Source: an uncultured Holophaga sp.
GTDB taxonomy: Bacteria > Acidobacteriota > Holophagae > Holophagales > Holophagaceae
Assembly (NCBI GenBank): GCA_963664825.1
Contig: OY761614.1
Span: 1,696,001-1,760,000 of the forward strand
Reading direction: 5' to 3'
Length of the DNA: 64,000 bases
Position 1 is the stretch's first letter. Each line of letters opens with the position of its first letter. The position numbers and the translations under genes are program-made. The notes under the pieces are model-generated. The model did no database searches and was not told where the DNA came from. It saw only the letters and a list, made by a program, of their open reading frames with translations. This document shows, piece by piece, positions 1-9,778 of this stretch.

Positions 1-597
1 CCCATCCTCAATCCGCCGGCCATGGCGCCTGTCTTCCTGCAGCTCACGGCGGGCGTGAAGGAATCCCAGCGCAATCACTTGGCGGCGCTGATCGGCTTCT
101 ATACCTTCGTCTTCCTCACCTCCCTCTTGCTGGTGGGGGGCTGGCTGCTCAAGCTCCTGGGCATCTCCATCCCCGTCATCGCCATCGCGGGCGGGCTGCT
201 GCTCTTCCACAGCGCCTGGCACATGCTCAACAAGGATCCGAAGATGAGCGAGTCGGAGAAGGCGGAGCTGCAGACCTACATGCTCGACAAGGCCTTCTTT
301 CCCCTCACCCTGCCGGTGACGGCCGGTCCAGGCGCCATGGCCGTCACGCTGAGTCTCGTGCCCAGCGGCCGTGTCTTCGACCCTCACACGCTTGTCCACT
401 TCCTGGCCATCACCTGCGGCATCGCCATGGCCGCCACCACGGTCTTCATCTTCTACCGCTACTCCGCCAAGGTGCTCCGCCGCCTTGGGAACACAGGCGC
501 CGCCACCATCAGCCAGGTATCAGCCTTCATCCTGCTGGCCATCGGCGTGCAGATCGTGTGGGGAGGACTACGGGAACTGATCCTCACCCTGAAGTAG
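1..597 (+). CDS. MarC family inner membrane protein (5'-truncated by window edge)
   Basis: Frame is open from base 1 (PILNPPAMAPVF..); MarC-like motifs NP, AGGLLLF, FFPLTLPVTAGPG, ILLAIGVQ; several hydrophobic helices. Confidence 0.85.
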   Translation, partial: PILNPPAMAPVFLQLTAGVKESQRNHLAALIGFYTFVFLTSLLLVGGWLLKLLGISIPVIAIAGGLLLFHSAWHMLNKDPKMSESEKAELQTYMLDKAFFPLTLPVTAGPGAMAVTLSLVPSGRVFDPHTLVHFLAITCGIAMAATTVFIFYRYSAKVLRRLGNTGAATISQVSAFILLAIGVQIVWGGLRELILTLK

Positions 598-708
598 ACC
601 GGGGAACTCAGCTCCAGAGCCTGGCAGCGGTACTTAAATTCACCCTGCGCCCTGTTGGGGATGATAATCGTCCCACCAGGGCTCCCGGGCCTTGGAGGGA
701 GGGGTCAC

Positions 709-2310
709 ATGCGCGTCAACCAACCCGTCACAAAAGTGGAGAAACAGGTCCAGGAGGGCGCCTTCCTGGTCTCCATGACGGATCCCCGGGGCATCATCAC
801 CTACGCCAACGACGAGTTCGTGCGCCTCAGCGGTTTCACCCGGGATGAGCTGATCGGCCAGCCCCACAATATCGTGCGGCACCCGGACATGCCTCCGGCC
901 GCCTTCGCCGATCTCTGGGCTACGGTCAAGAGCGGCAAACCCTGGCACGGCTACGTGAAGAACCGCAGCAAGGATGGCGCCTTCTATTGGGTGGATGCCA
1001 ATGTGACCCCGGTGGTGGAACAGGGCCAGACCACGGCCTTCGTTTCCATCCGCAGCAAGCCCAGCCGAACCCAGATTCGGGAGGCCGAAAGGGTCTATGC
1101 CCTGATGAATCAGGGCAAGAGTTTTGCGGAGACCCAGCGGAAGACCTGGATTCCCTTTCCGCACATGACCTTTGCGAATCGCCTCCGCCTGGCTTTCGGT
1201 CTCGTCATCGGGATTTTCATCGCAGTGCTTGGGCTCGAGGCCCTGTCTCTGGGATCCCTGCAGAACCTTTCGGGTCGGGGCCTCTGGGTTCCGATGTTGG
1301 GCGGAGGGGGCGGAATCGCCGCGGCCGTCGTCGTCTCCATGTTCATGGTGCGCGTGGTTCAGGCCCAGATCGGAGGCGATCCCGAGTACGCCATTCGCGT
1401 CACCCGGGCCATTTCAGAGGGAGACCTGCGGGTGGAGATCGACACCCAGCCCGGTGATTCCACGAGTCTCCTGGCCACCCTGCGAGGCATGCAATCCCGG
1501 TTGAAGGGCATGATCAACCGCATTCGCTTCGATTCCATGCGCGTCACGGAGAATGCCACGACCTTCGCGTCCGCCAACCACGAGATCTCCTCCACCAGCC
1601 AGGAATTGGCCCGAAATGCCGAGGAACAGCGCGGCTCCGTGGAGCGGATGGCCTCGGCCATGACTGAATTGACCGCCTCCATCGAGGAGGTCTCCAACAA
1701 TGTGAAGGCCAGTCAGCGGCAGGCCGAATCCGCCGTGGAAGCCACCCAGGTGGGCGATCGCTCCGGGGAGGCCGCCATCCTGGCCATGGCCCAAGTGGAG
1801 CAGTCCACCGCCAAGGTCGTCCAGGCTGTGCGGGTGATCCAGGACATCGCCCGACAGACCAATCTGCTCTCCCTCAATGCCGCCATCGAGGCCGCCAAGG
1901 CAGGCGCCATGGGCAAGGGTTTCGCCGTGGTGGCCGAGGAAGTGCGGAAGCTCGCCGAGCGCAGCGCCCAGTCCGCCCGGGAGATCGCCACCCTCATCGA
2001 GGGCAGCAACGAGGCCGTGGCCCTGGGCAAATCCACGGTCCAGGATGCCGTTCAGGCCCTGGCCGAAATTCGTGAGCACATTGGTCAGGTGACTTCCATG
2101 GCGTTGGAAATCAGTTCTTCCACGGAGGAACAGGCCCACGCCAGCGCCGAAGTGACCCAGCAGGTGGAGCTGAGCGCCCAGAAGGCCATCGAGAACGCCA
2201 GCGCCAGCGTGCAGCTCTCCACCACCGTGGAGAGCAACGCCAACACCTCCGATCAGCTCGCTCGGACGGCCGATGGCCTGGCTGCCCTGGTGGCCCGCTT
2301 CAGGACCTAG
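709..2310 (+). CDS. Aer-like methyl-accepting chemotaxis protein (PAS-TM-HAMP-MCP signal)
   Basis: N-terminal Aer-type PAS ([33 protein letters not shown]), hydrophobic segments, [20 protein letters not shown] 709 follows GGAGG. Confidence 0.9.
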   Translation: MRVNQPVTKVEKQVQEGAFLVSMTDPRGIITYANDEFVRLSGFTRDELIGQPHNIVRHPDMPPAAFADLWATVKSGKPWHGYVKNRSKDGAFYWVDANVTPVVEQGQTTAFVSIRSKPSRTQIREAERVYALMNQGKSFAETQRKTWIPFPHMTFANRLRLAFGLVIGIFIAVLGLEALSLGSLQNLSGRGLWVPMLGGGGGIAAAVVVSMFMVRVVQAQIGGDPEYAIRVTRAISEGDLRVEIDTQPGDSTSLLATLRGMQSRLKGMINRIRFDSMRVTENATTFASANHEISSTSQELARNAEEQRGSVERMASAMTELTASIEEVSNNVKASQRQAESAVEATQVGDRSGEAAILAMAQVEQSTAKVVQAVRVIQDIARQTNLLSLNAAIEAAKAGAMGKGFAVVAEEVRKLAERSAQSAREIATLIEGSNEAVALGKSTVQDAVQALAEIREHIGQVTSMALEISSSTEEQAHASAEVTQQVELSAQKAIENASASVQLSTTVESNANTSDQLARTADGLAALVARFRT

Positions 2311-2510
2311 TGCACCCCGCCTGAATTACAGGTACAAGTTTTGTTGACGGCGGGGCGCACTTCCATGGGGGCAAGGCCCCCTCTGGCGCCCGCAAACGCA
2401 GTGCGTCTGCGGGCTGTCACCCCTCTGGGGGCACTGCCATGCCCCCAGACCCCTGCCACGTGGTGCCCAGGGTACGCTTTGTCTGTCTCATGTATTTCGG
2501 ACGGGCACCA
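2311..2510. mobile_element. Putative MITE (200 bp, imperfect 22-bp TIRs, flanked by CTAG direct repeats)
   Basis: CTAG at 2307-2310 and 2511-2514; left end TGCACCCCGCCTGAATTACAGG vs reverse complement of right end TGGTGCCCGTCCGAAATACATG (15/22); several internal GC hairpins; no ORF. Confidence 0.55.
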
Positions 2511-4064
2511 CTAGTAGGCCGCTTCGCTCTTCCCGCTGAGCTTTAGCAGGCTCTGGCCCTCCACCTCCGCGGGTTGGGGGAGGCCCATCAGTTCCAGCAG
2601 CGTGGGCGCCACGTCGCAGAGGGCTCCCCCGGCGCGGAGCTGGCGGCCCTCGAAACCCTCCGCCACGATCACGGCGGGCACGGGGTTGGTGGTGTGGGCC
2701 GTGTGGGGGTTGCCCGCTTCATCCCGCATGCAGTCCGCGTTGCCGTGATCGGCGGTGACGAAGAGCGCGCCCTTGGCCGCCAGCACCGCATCTGCCACCT
2801 GGCGCACAGCGTCATCGACGATGCCGCAGGCCATCACAGCCGCGCTCAGGTCACCCGTGTGGCCCACCATGTCGCCATTGGCCAGGTTGCACACGATGAA
2901 GCGGTGCTCCCCGGCGCGAATGGCCTCCACCAGGCCCCGGGTCACTTCGTGGCAGCTCATCTCCGGCATCAGATCGTAGGTGGCGACCCTGGGGGAGGGC
3001 ACCATCAGGCGCTCCTCGCCCTCGAAAGGCTCCTCTCGTCCCCCGTTGAAGAAGAAGGTGACATGGGCGTACTTCTCGGTCTCCGCCGTGCGGAGTTGCT
3101 TCCAGCCCTGGCGCGCCACCAGTTCCCCCAGGATGTTCTCCAGGTTCTGGGGCGCGTAGGCCACGCTGACGAGGGAGTCCAGCTCCGTGTCGTACTGGGT
3201 GAAGGTGACGAGCTTCACCTGGGGGCGCTTGGCACGGGGGAAGCCGTCGAAGGAGGGGTCCACCAGGGCATGGCTGAATTCCCGGGCGCGATCGGCTCGG
3301 AAATTGAAAAAGATGATGCCATCCCCGTCCTGCATGGGCTGGAAATCCGCCGTGGCGGTGGGGCTCACGAATTCATCCGTCTCGCCCCTCGCATAGGCAG
3401 CCTGGATGCCCGCCCTGGCGTCCACCGCCTGGAATTCGGGCACGCCATCCACCAAGAGCTTCCAGGCGCGCACCACCCGCTCCCAGCGCTTATCGCGATC
3501 CATGACCACGTAGCGGCCGCAGAGGGAGCCGATCTTCACCAGGGGGCAGGGCTGGAGGTCTTCCGTGAGCTGTGCCAGGAAACCATCGGCGCTCTTCTGG
3601 GCCGTATCGCGACCATCGAGGAAGGCGTGGATCACCGTGGGAACGCCTTCGGCCTGGGCCCACTGGGCCAGGGCCACGAGATGGTTCTGGTGGCTGTGGA
3701 CGCCGCCTGGGCTCACGAGGCCCATGAGGTGAAGCCGCTTGCCCGAGGCCTTGAGTTCGGACATCAGCTGTCCCATGGCCGGATTCTGGCGGAAGGTGCC
3801 CTTCTTGATGGCCGCATCGATGCGGGTGAGCTCCTGCCATACCACCCGCCCCGCGCCCAGGTTCATGTGGCCCACTTCCGAATTGCCGAACTGCCCCTCC
3901 GGCAGCCCCACGAATTCGCCACCGGATTGCAGTTGCGTTGCCGCATAGCGGGCGCGCAGGCGGTTCAGGTGCAGCATGCCCGCTTGGAAGGGGGCATCGA
4001 AGGCATTGCGGGCGCCATCGGCCACGCCATCGAGAATGAGGAGCACCACTGGGCCTGGAATCAT
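2511..4064 (-). CDS. gpmI: 2,3-bisphosphoglycerate-independent phosphoglycerate mutase
   Basis: LLILDG, GNSEVGH, MDRDKRWER, FFNFRADRAR, AETEKYAHVTFFFNGG, DMVGHTG, TADHGNA. Confidence 0.97.
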   Translation of the reverse strand: MIPGPVVLLILDGVADGARNAFDAPFQAGMLHLNRLRARYAATQLQSGGEFVGLPEGQFGNSEVGHMNLGAGRVVWQELTRIDAAIKKGTFRQNPAMGQLMSELKASGKRLHLMGLVSPGGVHSHQNHLVALAQWAQAEGVPTVIHAFLDGRDTAQKSADGFLAQLTEDLQPCPLVKIGSLCGRYVVMDRDKRWERVVRAWKLLVDGVPEFQAVDARAGIQAAYARGETDEFVSPTATADFQPMQDGDGIIFFNFRADRAREFSHALVDPSFDGFPRAKRPQVKLVTFTQYDTELDSLVSVAYAPQNLENILGELVARQGWKQLRTAETEKYAHVTFFFNGGREEPFEGEERLMVPSPRVATYDLMPEMSCHEVTRGLVEAIRAGEHRFIVCNLANGDMVGHTGDLSAAVMACGIVDDAVRQVADAVLAAKGALFVTADHGNADCMRDEAGNPHTAHTTNPVPAVIVAEGFEGRQLRAGGALCDVAPTLLELMGLPQPAEVEGQSLLKLSGKSEAAY

Positions 4065-4117
4065 GAACACACCTTTTAAGAACCGCAAGGGACGCGCCCT
4101 TGGAGCCTCCAAGAATA

Positions 4118-4660
4118 CTATCGAAGGCCAGGGGCCGGAGATTCCCCGTCCAATGCCACGGCGACGCCATGGACGGTGGCCGCGATACGGATGGCGTCAT
4201 GGATCTGGGCCTCCGTGAGGCCGCCTTGGATCAGGGCGCTCTCATGGGCGCGAACGCAGGTTTCGCAGGCGTTGACGGCGCTCACTGCCAGGCAGAAGAG
4301 CTCGAAGTCGAGCTTGGGGCCTTCGGGCTTGGCCACGCGGTTCATGCGGAGGCGCGGAGGAAGCTGGCCGTAGCCCTCCTTGCCGACGAGGTGCCGGAAG
4401 CGGTAGAAGATGTTGGTCATCCCCATGAGGGCGGCGGCCGCCAGGGCATCCTCGACCGTGGCCTGGCCGCATCGCGCCAATGCCTCGGCCTCGAGGGCTG
4501 CCCGGAGGGGGGCATTGCGGAAAGCGGCCGCCACAGCCAGGGCTGTGCCGTACTGCTGGGCGGGGTTCAGGGTGGATTCGCCGAGCACGGCCTGGAGATT
4601 GAGTTTGAGATCCTTCGCGTACGGGGGAAGGGACTCCCGCAGGGATTCCAATGTGTTCAT
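4118..4660 (-). CDS. ahpD: Alkyl hydroperoxide reductase AhpD (CMD family)
   Basis: LPPYAKDLKLNL, MGMTNIFYRFRHL, AVSAVNACETCVRAHE (CxxC); directly downstream of ahpC. Confidence 0.92.
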   Translation of the reverse strand: MNTLESLRESLPPYAKDLKLNLQAVLGESTLNPAQQYGTALAVAAAFRNAPLRAALEAEALARCGQATVEDALAAAALMGMTNIFYRFRHLVGKEGYGQLPPRLRMNRVAKPEGPKLDFELFCLAVSAVNACETCVRAHESALIQGGLTEAQIHDAIRIAATVHGVAVALDGESPAPGLR

Positions 4661-4731
4661 GGGGGCTCCGTGATGATTGATGCCAAGGGCGGGAAGCAAC
4701 CCCAGGTCCTGGGGTTGCTTCCCGGGTGGGC

Positions 4732-5268
4732 TCAGACCTGCAAGGTGGCATCGCCCTTCTGCCAATTGCAGGGGCAGAGCTCATCGGTCTGGAGGGCGTC
4801 CAACACCCGCAGCACCTCGTCCACGCTGCGCCCCACGCTCAGATCGTTGACGCTGACATGGCGGATGATCCCTTCGGGATCCACGATGAAGGTGGCCCGC
4901 AGGGCCACGCCCTCGGTCTTGTGCAGCACGCCCAGGGCCTCGCTCAGCTCCCGCTTGTGATCGGCCAGCATGGGGAAGGGCAGCGCCTTGAGGTCCCCAT
5001 GGTTGTTTCGCCAGGCCAGGTGAACGAAATGGCTATCGGTGCTGGCACCCAATACTTGGGCATCCCGGTCCAGGAAATCGGCGTTGCGCTTGCCGAAGGC
5101 GGCGATCTCCGTGGGGCAGACGAAGGTGAAGTCCATGGGCCAGAGGAAGAGCACTTTCCACTTCCCGGCATAACTATCCTGGTTGATCACCTGGAATTCC
5201 TTGCCCTTCTCGAGGCTGGTCACGGCTTGAAGCTCAAAGGAGGGGAGGCGGTCTCCGACTGTCAGCAT
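4732..5268 (-). CDS. ahpC: Peroxiredoxin AhpC
   Basis: WPMDFTFVCPTEI, ALRATFIVDP, LQTDELCPCNW. Confidence 0.95.
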   Translation of the reverse strand: MLTVGDRLPSFELQAVTSLEKGKEFQVINQDSYAGKWKVLFLWPMDFTFVCPTEIAAFGKRNADFLDRDAQVLGASTDSHFVHLAWRNNHGDLKALPFPMLADHKRELSEALGVLHKTEGVALRATFIVDPEGIIRHVSVNDLSVGRSVDEVLRVLDALQTDELCPCNWQKGDATLQV

Positions 5269-5340
5269 GTCTACTCCTGTTTGTGGGGGCGCGTTCCTGC
5301 GCCGCTCCATCAGCATCGGTCCCAGGGGAATTCGAGTCTA

Positions 5341-5377
5341 AGATATCATTTCTATGATATTGATAGTTTGGTACGAT
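5341..5377. promoter_or_regulatory. Probable OxyR binding site between divergent ahpC and oxyR
   Basis: AGAT-N7-CTAT-N7-ATAG-N7-CGAT matches the spacing of the OxyR ATAG-N7-CTAT-N7-ATAG-N7-CTAT motif; TAGACT -10-like hexamer on the minus strand at 5335-5340. Confidence 0.7.
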
Positions 5378-5378
5378 C

Positions 5379-6302
5379 ATGATGCCTACGCCCCTCCCCT
5401 TCACGCTCCGACAGATGCAGTACGCCCTGGCGGTTCTCGAGACCCGCAACTTCCGGCGGGCCGCGGAGCTCTGCGCAGTGGCCCAGCCCTCTCTGAGCTC
5501 CCAGCTGGCGGCCCTGGAGGCCTCCTTGGGGGTGGTCCTCTTCGAACGGGGCGGGGGCGGCGTGCGGGTGACGCCCCCGGGGGAGATCCTCCTGGCCCGC
5601 ATGGCCCGCCTCCTGGCCGAGAGCCAGGAACTGGTTCGGGAAGCCGGGGCTTGCCAGGACCCCCTCGCCGGGCCCCTGCGCCTGGGGGTGATCCCTACAC
5701 TCGCGCCCTACACGCTGCCCTTCCTGGTCCCCGCCCTCCGGGAGGCCTTCCCCCGTCTCCTCCCGCTCTGGACCGAAGCCCGCACCGATGTGCTGGTGGC
5801 CGCCCTCCAGAAGGGAGAATTGGAGGGCGCCATCCTGGCCCTGGAGGCCAATCTGGGGGATCTGGATCACCAAGTGCTGGGGGAGGACCCCTTCCGGGTC
5901 TGTCTCCCGGCTGGGCATTCCTTGGCCCGAAGCCACCGGGCGTTGCGGGTGGAGGAGCTGGAGGGAGAACACCTACTCCTCCTGGAGGATGGCCACTGCC
6001 TGAGGGACCAGGCCCTGGCGGCCTGCGGCCGGGCCCGGATCGAGGAATTGGGATACCGGGCCACCAGCCTGCCCACGCTGGTCCAGATGGTCGCCAGCGG
6101 TGTGGGCGTCACCCTGCTGCCCCGGCTGGCCGTGGCCACGGAAGCTGCCCGGGCTTCCGTGGTGCTGAGGCCCCTGGTCAAGCCTGCCCCTTTTCGCACC
6201 TTAGCCCTCGTCTGGCGCCGGGGCAGCTTTGCCGATGGGTCTATGCGGCGCCTGGGAACGGTGGCGGCCCAGGCCTTCCGGAAGCATCCGGACGGGATGT
6301 GA
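5379..6302 (+). CDS. oxyR: LysR-family H2O2 sensor OxyR
   Basis: LysR HTH (NFRRAAELCAVAQPSLSSQL), LLLEDGHCLRDQALAAC (both redox Cys), RATSLPTLVQMVASG; divergent from ahpC. Confidence 0.93.
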   Translation: MMPTPLPFTLRQMQYALAVLETRNFRRAAELCAVAQPSLSSQLAALEASLGVVLFERGGGGVRVTPPGEILLARMARLLAESQELVREAGACQDPLAGPLRLGVIPTLAPYTLPFLVPALREAFPRLLPLWTEARTDVLVAALQKGELEGAILALEANLGDLDHQVLGEDPFRVCLPAGHSLARSHRALRVEELEGEHLLLLEDGHCLRDQALAACGRARIEELGYRATSLPTLVQMVASGVGVTLLPRLAVATEAARASVVLRPLVKPAPFRTLALVWRRGSFADGSMRRLGTVAAQAFRKHPDGM

Positions 6303-6359
6303 TTGAATCCACCGACTCCCCCGGCTAATCTCGAACGGTCCTTTGTCTGGAGGTTTACC

Positions 6360-6530
6360 ATGGCCCACAAGATCACCGATCCCTGCGTCGCCTGCGGCGC
6401 CTGCCTGCCTGAATGCCCTGTCGAGGCCATCAAGGAAGGCGACCCCATCTACGTCATCGATGCCGATACCTGCATCGATTGCGGCGCCTGCGCCGACACC
6501 TGCCCCTCCGGCGCCATCATCGCCGGTTGA
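6360..6530 (+). CDS. 2[4Fe-4S] ferredoxin
   Basis: Two CxxCxxCxxxCP motifs in 56 aa; GGAGG RBS. Confidence 0.95.
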   Translation: MAHKITDPCVACGACLPECPVEAIKEGDPIYVIDADTCIDCGACADTCPSGAIIAG

Positions 6531-6547
6531 AACGCTTCACGTTTCAA

Positions 6548-6578
6548 GAGAAAAGGCCCGCAACGCGGGCCTTTTCTC
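6548..6578. terminator. Bidirectional intrinsic terminator
   Basis: GAGAAAAGGCCCGC-AAC-GCGGGCCTTTTCTC between convergent ferredoxin and pyrB. Confidence 0.85.
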
Positions 6579-6600
6579 ACATACGCCGCGGAGCGGCGTA

Positions 6601-7560
6601 TCAGGGCACCTGCTCTCCGTGGGGATTGGATAGCAGGTAGAGTACGGCCATGCGCACGGGCACGCCGTTGGTCACCTGGCTGAGGATCACGCTATTGGGG
6701 CCATCGGCCACTTCGGAGGTGATCTCGAAACCGCGATTCATGGGGCCTGGATGCAGGAGGACCACATCCTTCCGGGCCCGTTTCATGCGGGCAGCGTTGA
6801 TCTGGTAGTAGCGGATGTATTCGCCCTGGCCGGGGATGAACTGGCCCGTGCCCCGCTCGAACTGGGCCCGCAGCATCATGATGGCGTCCATCTCGGGGAT
6901 GACCGAATCCAGGTCGTAGCTGAATTCCATCATGGGCCAGGTGTCCTTCAGCTCCGTGGGCAGCAGGGTGGGCGGCCCCACCAGCGTGACCTTGGCGCCC
7001 ATCTTGGTGAGCAGCCAGAGATTGGAGCGCACCACGCGGCTGTGGCGGATATCGCCCACGATGGCGACCTTGAGCCCCTCGAAGGTGCCGAACCGCTCGC
7101 GCAGTGTGTAGGCGTCCAGCAGGGCCTGGGTGGGATGCTCATGGGCGCCGTCACCGGCATTGACGATGCTCGCCTTCATGTGGCGGGCCAGCAGCGCGTG
7201 GGCTCCGGGGGCGCTATGGCGCATGACGATGAGATCCGGGTGCATGGCCTCCAGGTTCATGGCCGTATCCACGAGGGTCTCGCCCTTGCTGAGAGAGCTG
7301 GTGTCGGCGTCGAAGTTGATGATTTCGGCGGAGAGTCGTTTTTCCGCGATTTCAAAACTATTTCGGGTGCGTGTGGAGTTCTCGAAGAAGAGATTTACCA
7401 CCAGCCGCTTGCGCAGGGCCGGCACGATCTTGATATCGGGCCGCTCACAGACCTCTTCGAAGGCCTTGGCCTGATCGAGAATGGTGGTGATGTCCTGGGG
7501 GCTGAGGGGCTCGATGCCCAGCAGATGTTTGTGGGGAAAGCTATAGCGCGGTGTAGTCAT
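6601..7560 (-). CDS. pyrB: Aspartate carbamoyltransferase catalytic subunit
   Basis: [42 protein letters not shown]. Confidence 0.97.
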   Translation of the reverse strand: MTTPRYSFPHKHLLGIEPLSPQDITTILDQAKAFEEVCERPDIKIVPALRKRLVVNLFFENSTRTRNSFEIAEKRLSAEIINFDADTSSLSKGETLVDTAMNLEAMHPDLIVMRHSAPGAHALLARHMKASIVNAGDGAHEHPTQALLDAYTLRERFGTFEGLKVAIVGDIRHSRVVRSNLWLLTKMGAKVTLVGPPTLLPTELKDTWPMMEFSYDLDSVIPEMDAIMMLRAQFERGTGQFIPGQGEYIRYYQINAARMKRARKDVVLLHPGPMNRGFEITSEVADGPNSVILSQVTNGVPVRMAVLYLLSNPHGEQVP

Positions 7561-7561
7561 C

Positions 7562-8107
7562 TCAGATGCGTCCTTCCAGGAAGACTCCGTCCACCTTGTC
7601 GATCTCCACGACCCGCACGGAGACCCGCTGGTTGAGGGGAACCTCCAGCTTCAGGCCCACGAAATCGGCCTGGATGGGCAGCTCGCGGCCCCCGCGGTCC
7701 ACTAGCACCGCCAACCAGACCCGCTTGGGCCGCCCCAGATCCTGGAGGGCGTCCAGGGCGGCGCGGATGGTGCGCCCCGTGAAGAGCACGTCGTCCACCA
7801 GGACCACCGTCTTGCCCTTGAGCCGGAAGGGAATCTCCGTGGGACGCACGATGGGGCTGCCGGCCAGTTCCGTCAGATCGTCCCGGTAGAGCGTGATATC
7901 CAGGATCCCGATGGGCACGTCGCGCCCCAGGAGGGTCTCGAGTTTCGTTCCCAGGCGTTCGGCCAGGGGCAGGCCCCGGCTGCGGATGCCGATCAGGACC
8001 AGGTTCTCGTCATGGCCGAAGGCCGCTGCGATCTCCCGGGCCACCCTCAGCAGGTAGGCATCCATCTGTTGGGGATCGAGCAGGCAGGGTGCTGGGGATT
8101 CGTTCAT
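7562..8107 (-). CDS. pyrR: PyrR pyrimidine regulatory protein / uracil phosphoribosyltransferase
   Basis: [45 protein letters not shown]; adjacent to pyrB. Confidence 0.95.
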   Translation of the reverse strand: MNESPAPCLLDPQQMDAYLLRVAREIAAAFGHDENLVLIGIRSRGLPLAERLGTKLETLLGRDVPIGILDITLYRDDLTELAGSPIVRPTEIPFRLKGKTVVLVDDVLFTGRTIRAALDALQDLGRPKRVWLAVLVDRGGRELPIQADFVGLKLEVPLNQRVSVRVVEIDKVDGVFLEGRI

Positions 8108-8200
8108 GGAGGCTCCAGTGCGGGCACTCTCTCAGTTTAGTGCACCCGGTGCTCAATTACCCCGGGATCTAGTCCAGGAAGTCTGGAAGGGCGTCTGGGT

Positions 8201-9778
8201 CTAGCGTTTCCGCGTCCCCTTGGACCAACGGACTTTTAAGGCTTCGGCCTCCGGGTTGCCCGGTGCCAGGCGCAACACCTCCGCCAGATCTGCCAGGGCC
8301 TCCGGCCGCCGATTCATTCTTTCCCTCAACAGGGCCCGCCTCAGGAAGCCCCAGGTATTGGCCGGTTCCAGGGCGATGATCTCGTCGTATTCGGCTTCGG
8401 CTTCCAGGAAGTGGCTCCTTTCCTCCGCGGCCTCGCCGCAGAGCAGGTTCGTCACCGCACAAAACCCCAACCACTTCTTCTGCTCGGCGAATTCCGCGCT
8501 CGTATAGACCGAGCGAGCTTGCTCCTGGGTGGCCACGGCCTCCAGGTGGCGCAGGGCCCGCTCGGTGTGGCCATCCACCCGGGCGAAGACCTCCGCATCC
8601 CCGGTGGCCCGAAAGAAGTCCTTCCCCACGCGGCCCTCGGCCCGGTAGCGCTCGAAGAGCCGGGTGCCGGGATAGATGGCCAGGGGGGATATCTGCACAT
8701 CGTGGGGTCGGGTCTCCCGGATGAAGGCGGCGCTGGCTTCCACGTCCTCCCAGGTTTCGCCGGGAATGCCTGTGATGAGGTACATGCCCAGGTTCAGGCC
8801 CACCTTGCGCACCAGGGAGAGGGCCTGGCGGGCCTGGCGCATGTTCGTGCCCTTGTCCAGCAGCGCCAGCACCCGCTCGCTGGCATGCTCCACCCCGAAC
8901 TGCATGAACTCGCAGCCCGCGCGCTTCATGGCCACCAGGCGCTCCTCATCGACTAGGTTCACGCGGCTCTGGCAGTTCCAGAGGGGGTGCAAGCCCGAGG
9001 CCTGGATCTGCGCCATGAGTTCCAGGGTGCGGCTCTTCTTGGCCGTGAAGGTGTCGTCCCGGAAGCTGATGTAGGTGAGGCCGTGCTTTTCCCGCAGGAA
9101 GCGAATCTCCTGCAAGACGGAAGCCGCGCTGCGGAAACGGATGGAGGAACCCCAGAATGCCGGCGTGTTGCAGAAAGTGCAGGTGGCTGGGCAGCCACGG
9201 CTGGTGCTGATGTAGGCGAGCTGGCCCGGATCATCCAGGAAGTCGGCCTCGAAGTGCAGGGCGGGAAAGGGAATGGAATCCAGGTCCTCCAGGGGGGGCT
9301 GGGGCAGGGTTTCTCCCTGGCGCAGGATGAGGCCCGGCGAGCGCTTCCAGTGGTCCTCGCCTGGTGCCAGGGCCAGGGCCTCCATTACGCCCAGGAGGGG
9401 CAGCTCTCCCTCCCCCTTCACGATGGCATCCAGGGCCGGGCATTCCTGGAAGACATCGGCCGCCAGATGCGTGGGATGGGGCCCCCCCGCCAGCAGCGCG
9501 GCCTTCGGACGAGCCTCCCGGGCCCAGGACAAGAGCTCGAAGCAGCGCTTGCGATTGAAGGTGAACATGGAGACGCCGATGAGCTCGGCCTCCTGGGAGC
9601 GGAAGTAGGCCAGCACCTCCTTGCGGGATAGGCCCGAGAGGTTCGCCAGGCGGCAGGGATAGCCCTTCTGTTTCAGGGCGGCCTGCAAGTAGCCCAGCCC
9701 GATGGGGAGAAAGCGCATCCATTCGTCGCCAGAGCCGCTGCGGGGGGCGCTGTAGACCAGCAGGGCCCGCGGCTTCAC
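8201..9778 (-). CDS. B12-binding radical SAM protein with C-terminal TPR-like repeats
   Basis: PIGLGYL..GGPHPT..GEGE cobalamin-binding domain, SRGCPATCTFC (CxxxCxxC), helical C-terminus (EAEAEYDEIIALEP..ALADLAEVLRLAPGN). Confidence 0.88.
   Translation of the reverse strand: MKPRALLVYSAPRSGSGDEWMRFLPIGLGYLQAALKQKGYPCRLANLSGLSRKEVLAYFRSQEAELIGVSMFTFNRKRCFELLSWAREARPKAALLAGGPHPTHLAADVFQECPALDAIVKGEGELPLLGVMEALALAPGEDHWKRSPGLILRQGETLPQPPLEDLDSIPFPALHFEADFLDDPGQLAYISTSRGCPATCTFCNTPAFWGSSIRFRSAASVLQEIRFLREKHGLTYISFRDDTFTAKKSRTLELMAQIQASGLHPLWNCQSRVNLVDEERLVAMKRAGCEFMQFGVEHASERVLALLDKGTNMRQARQALSLVRKVGLNLGMYLITGIPGETWEDVEASAAFIRETRPHDVQISPLAIYPGTRLFERYRAEGRVGKDFFRATGDAEVFARVDGHTERALRHLEAVATQEQARSVYTSAEFAEQKKWLGFCAVTNLLCGEAAEERSHFLEAEAEYDEIIALEPANTWGFLRRALLRERMNRRPEALADLAEVLRLAPGNPEAEALKVRWSKGTRKR

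Noticed and set aside
8108..8200. Possible PyrR-binding attenuator upstream of pyrR-pyrB
   Set aside because: Only a small hairpin (GCACT..AGTGC) is present; no convincing PyrR loop consensus or U-tailed terminator.
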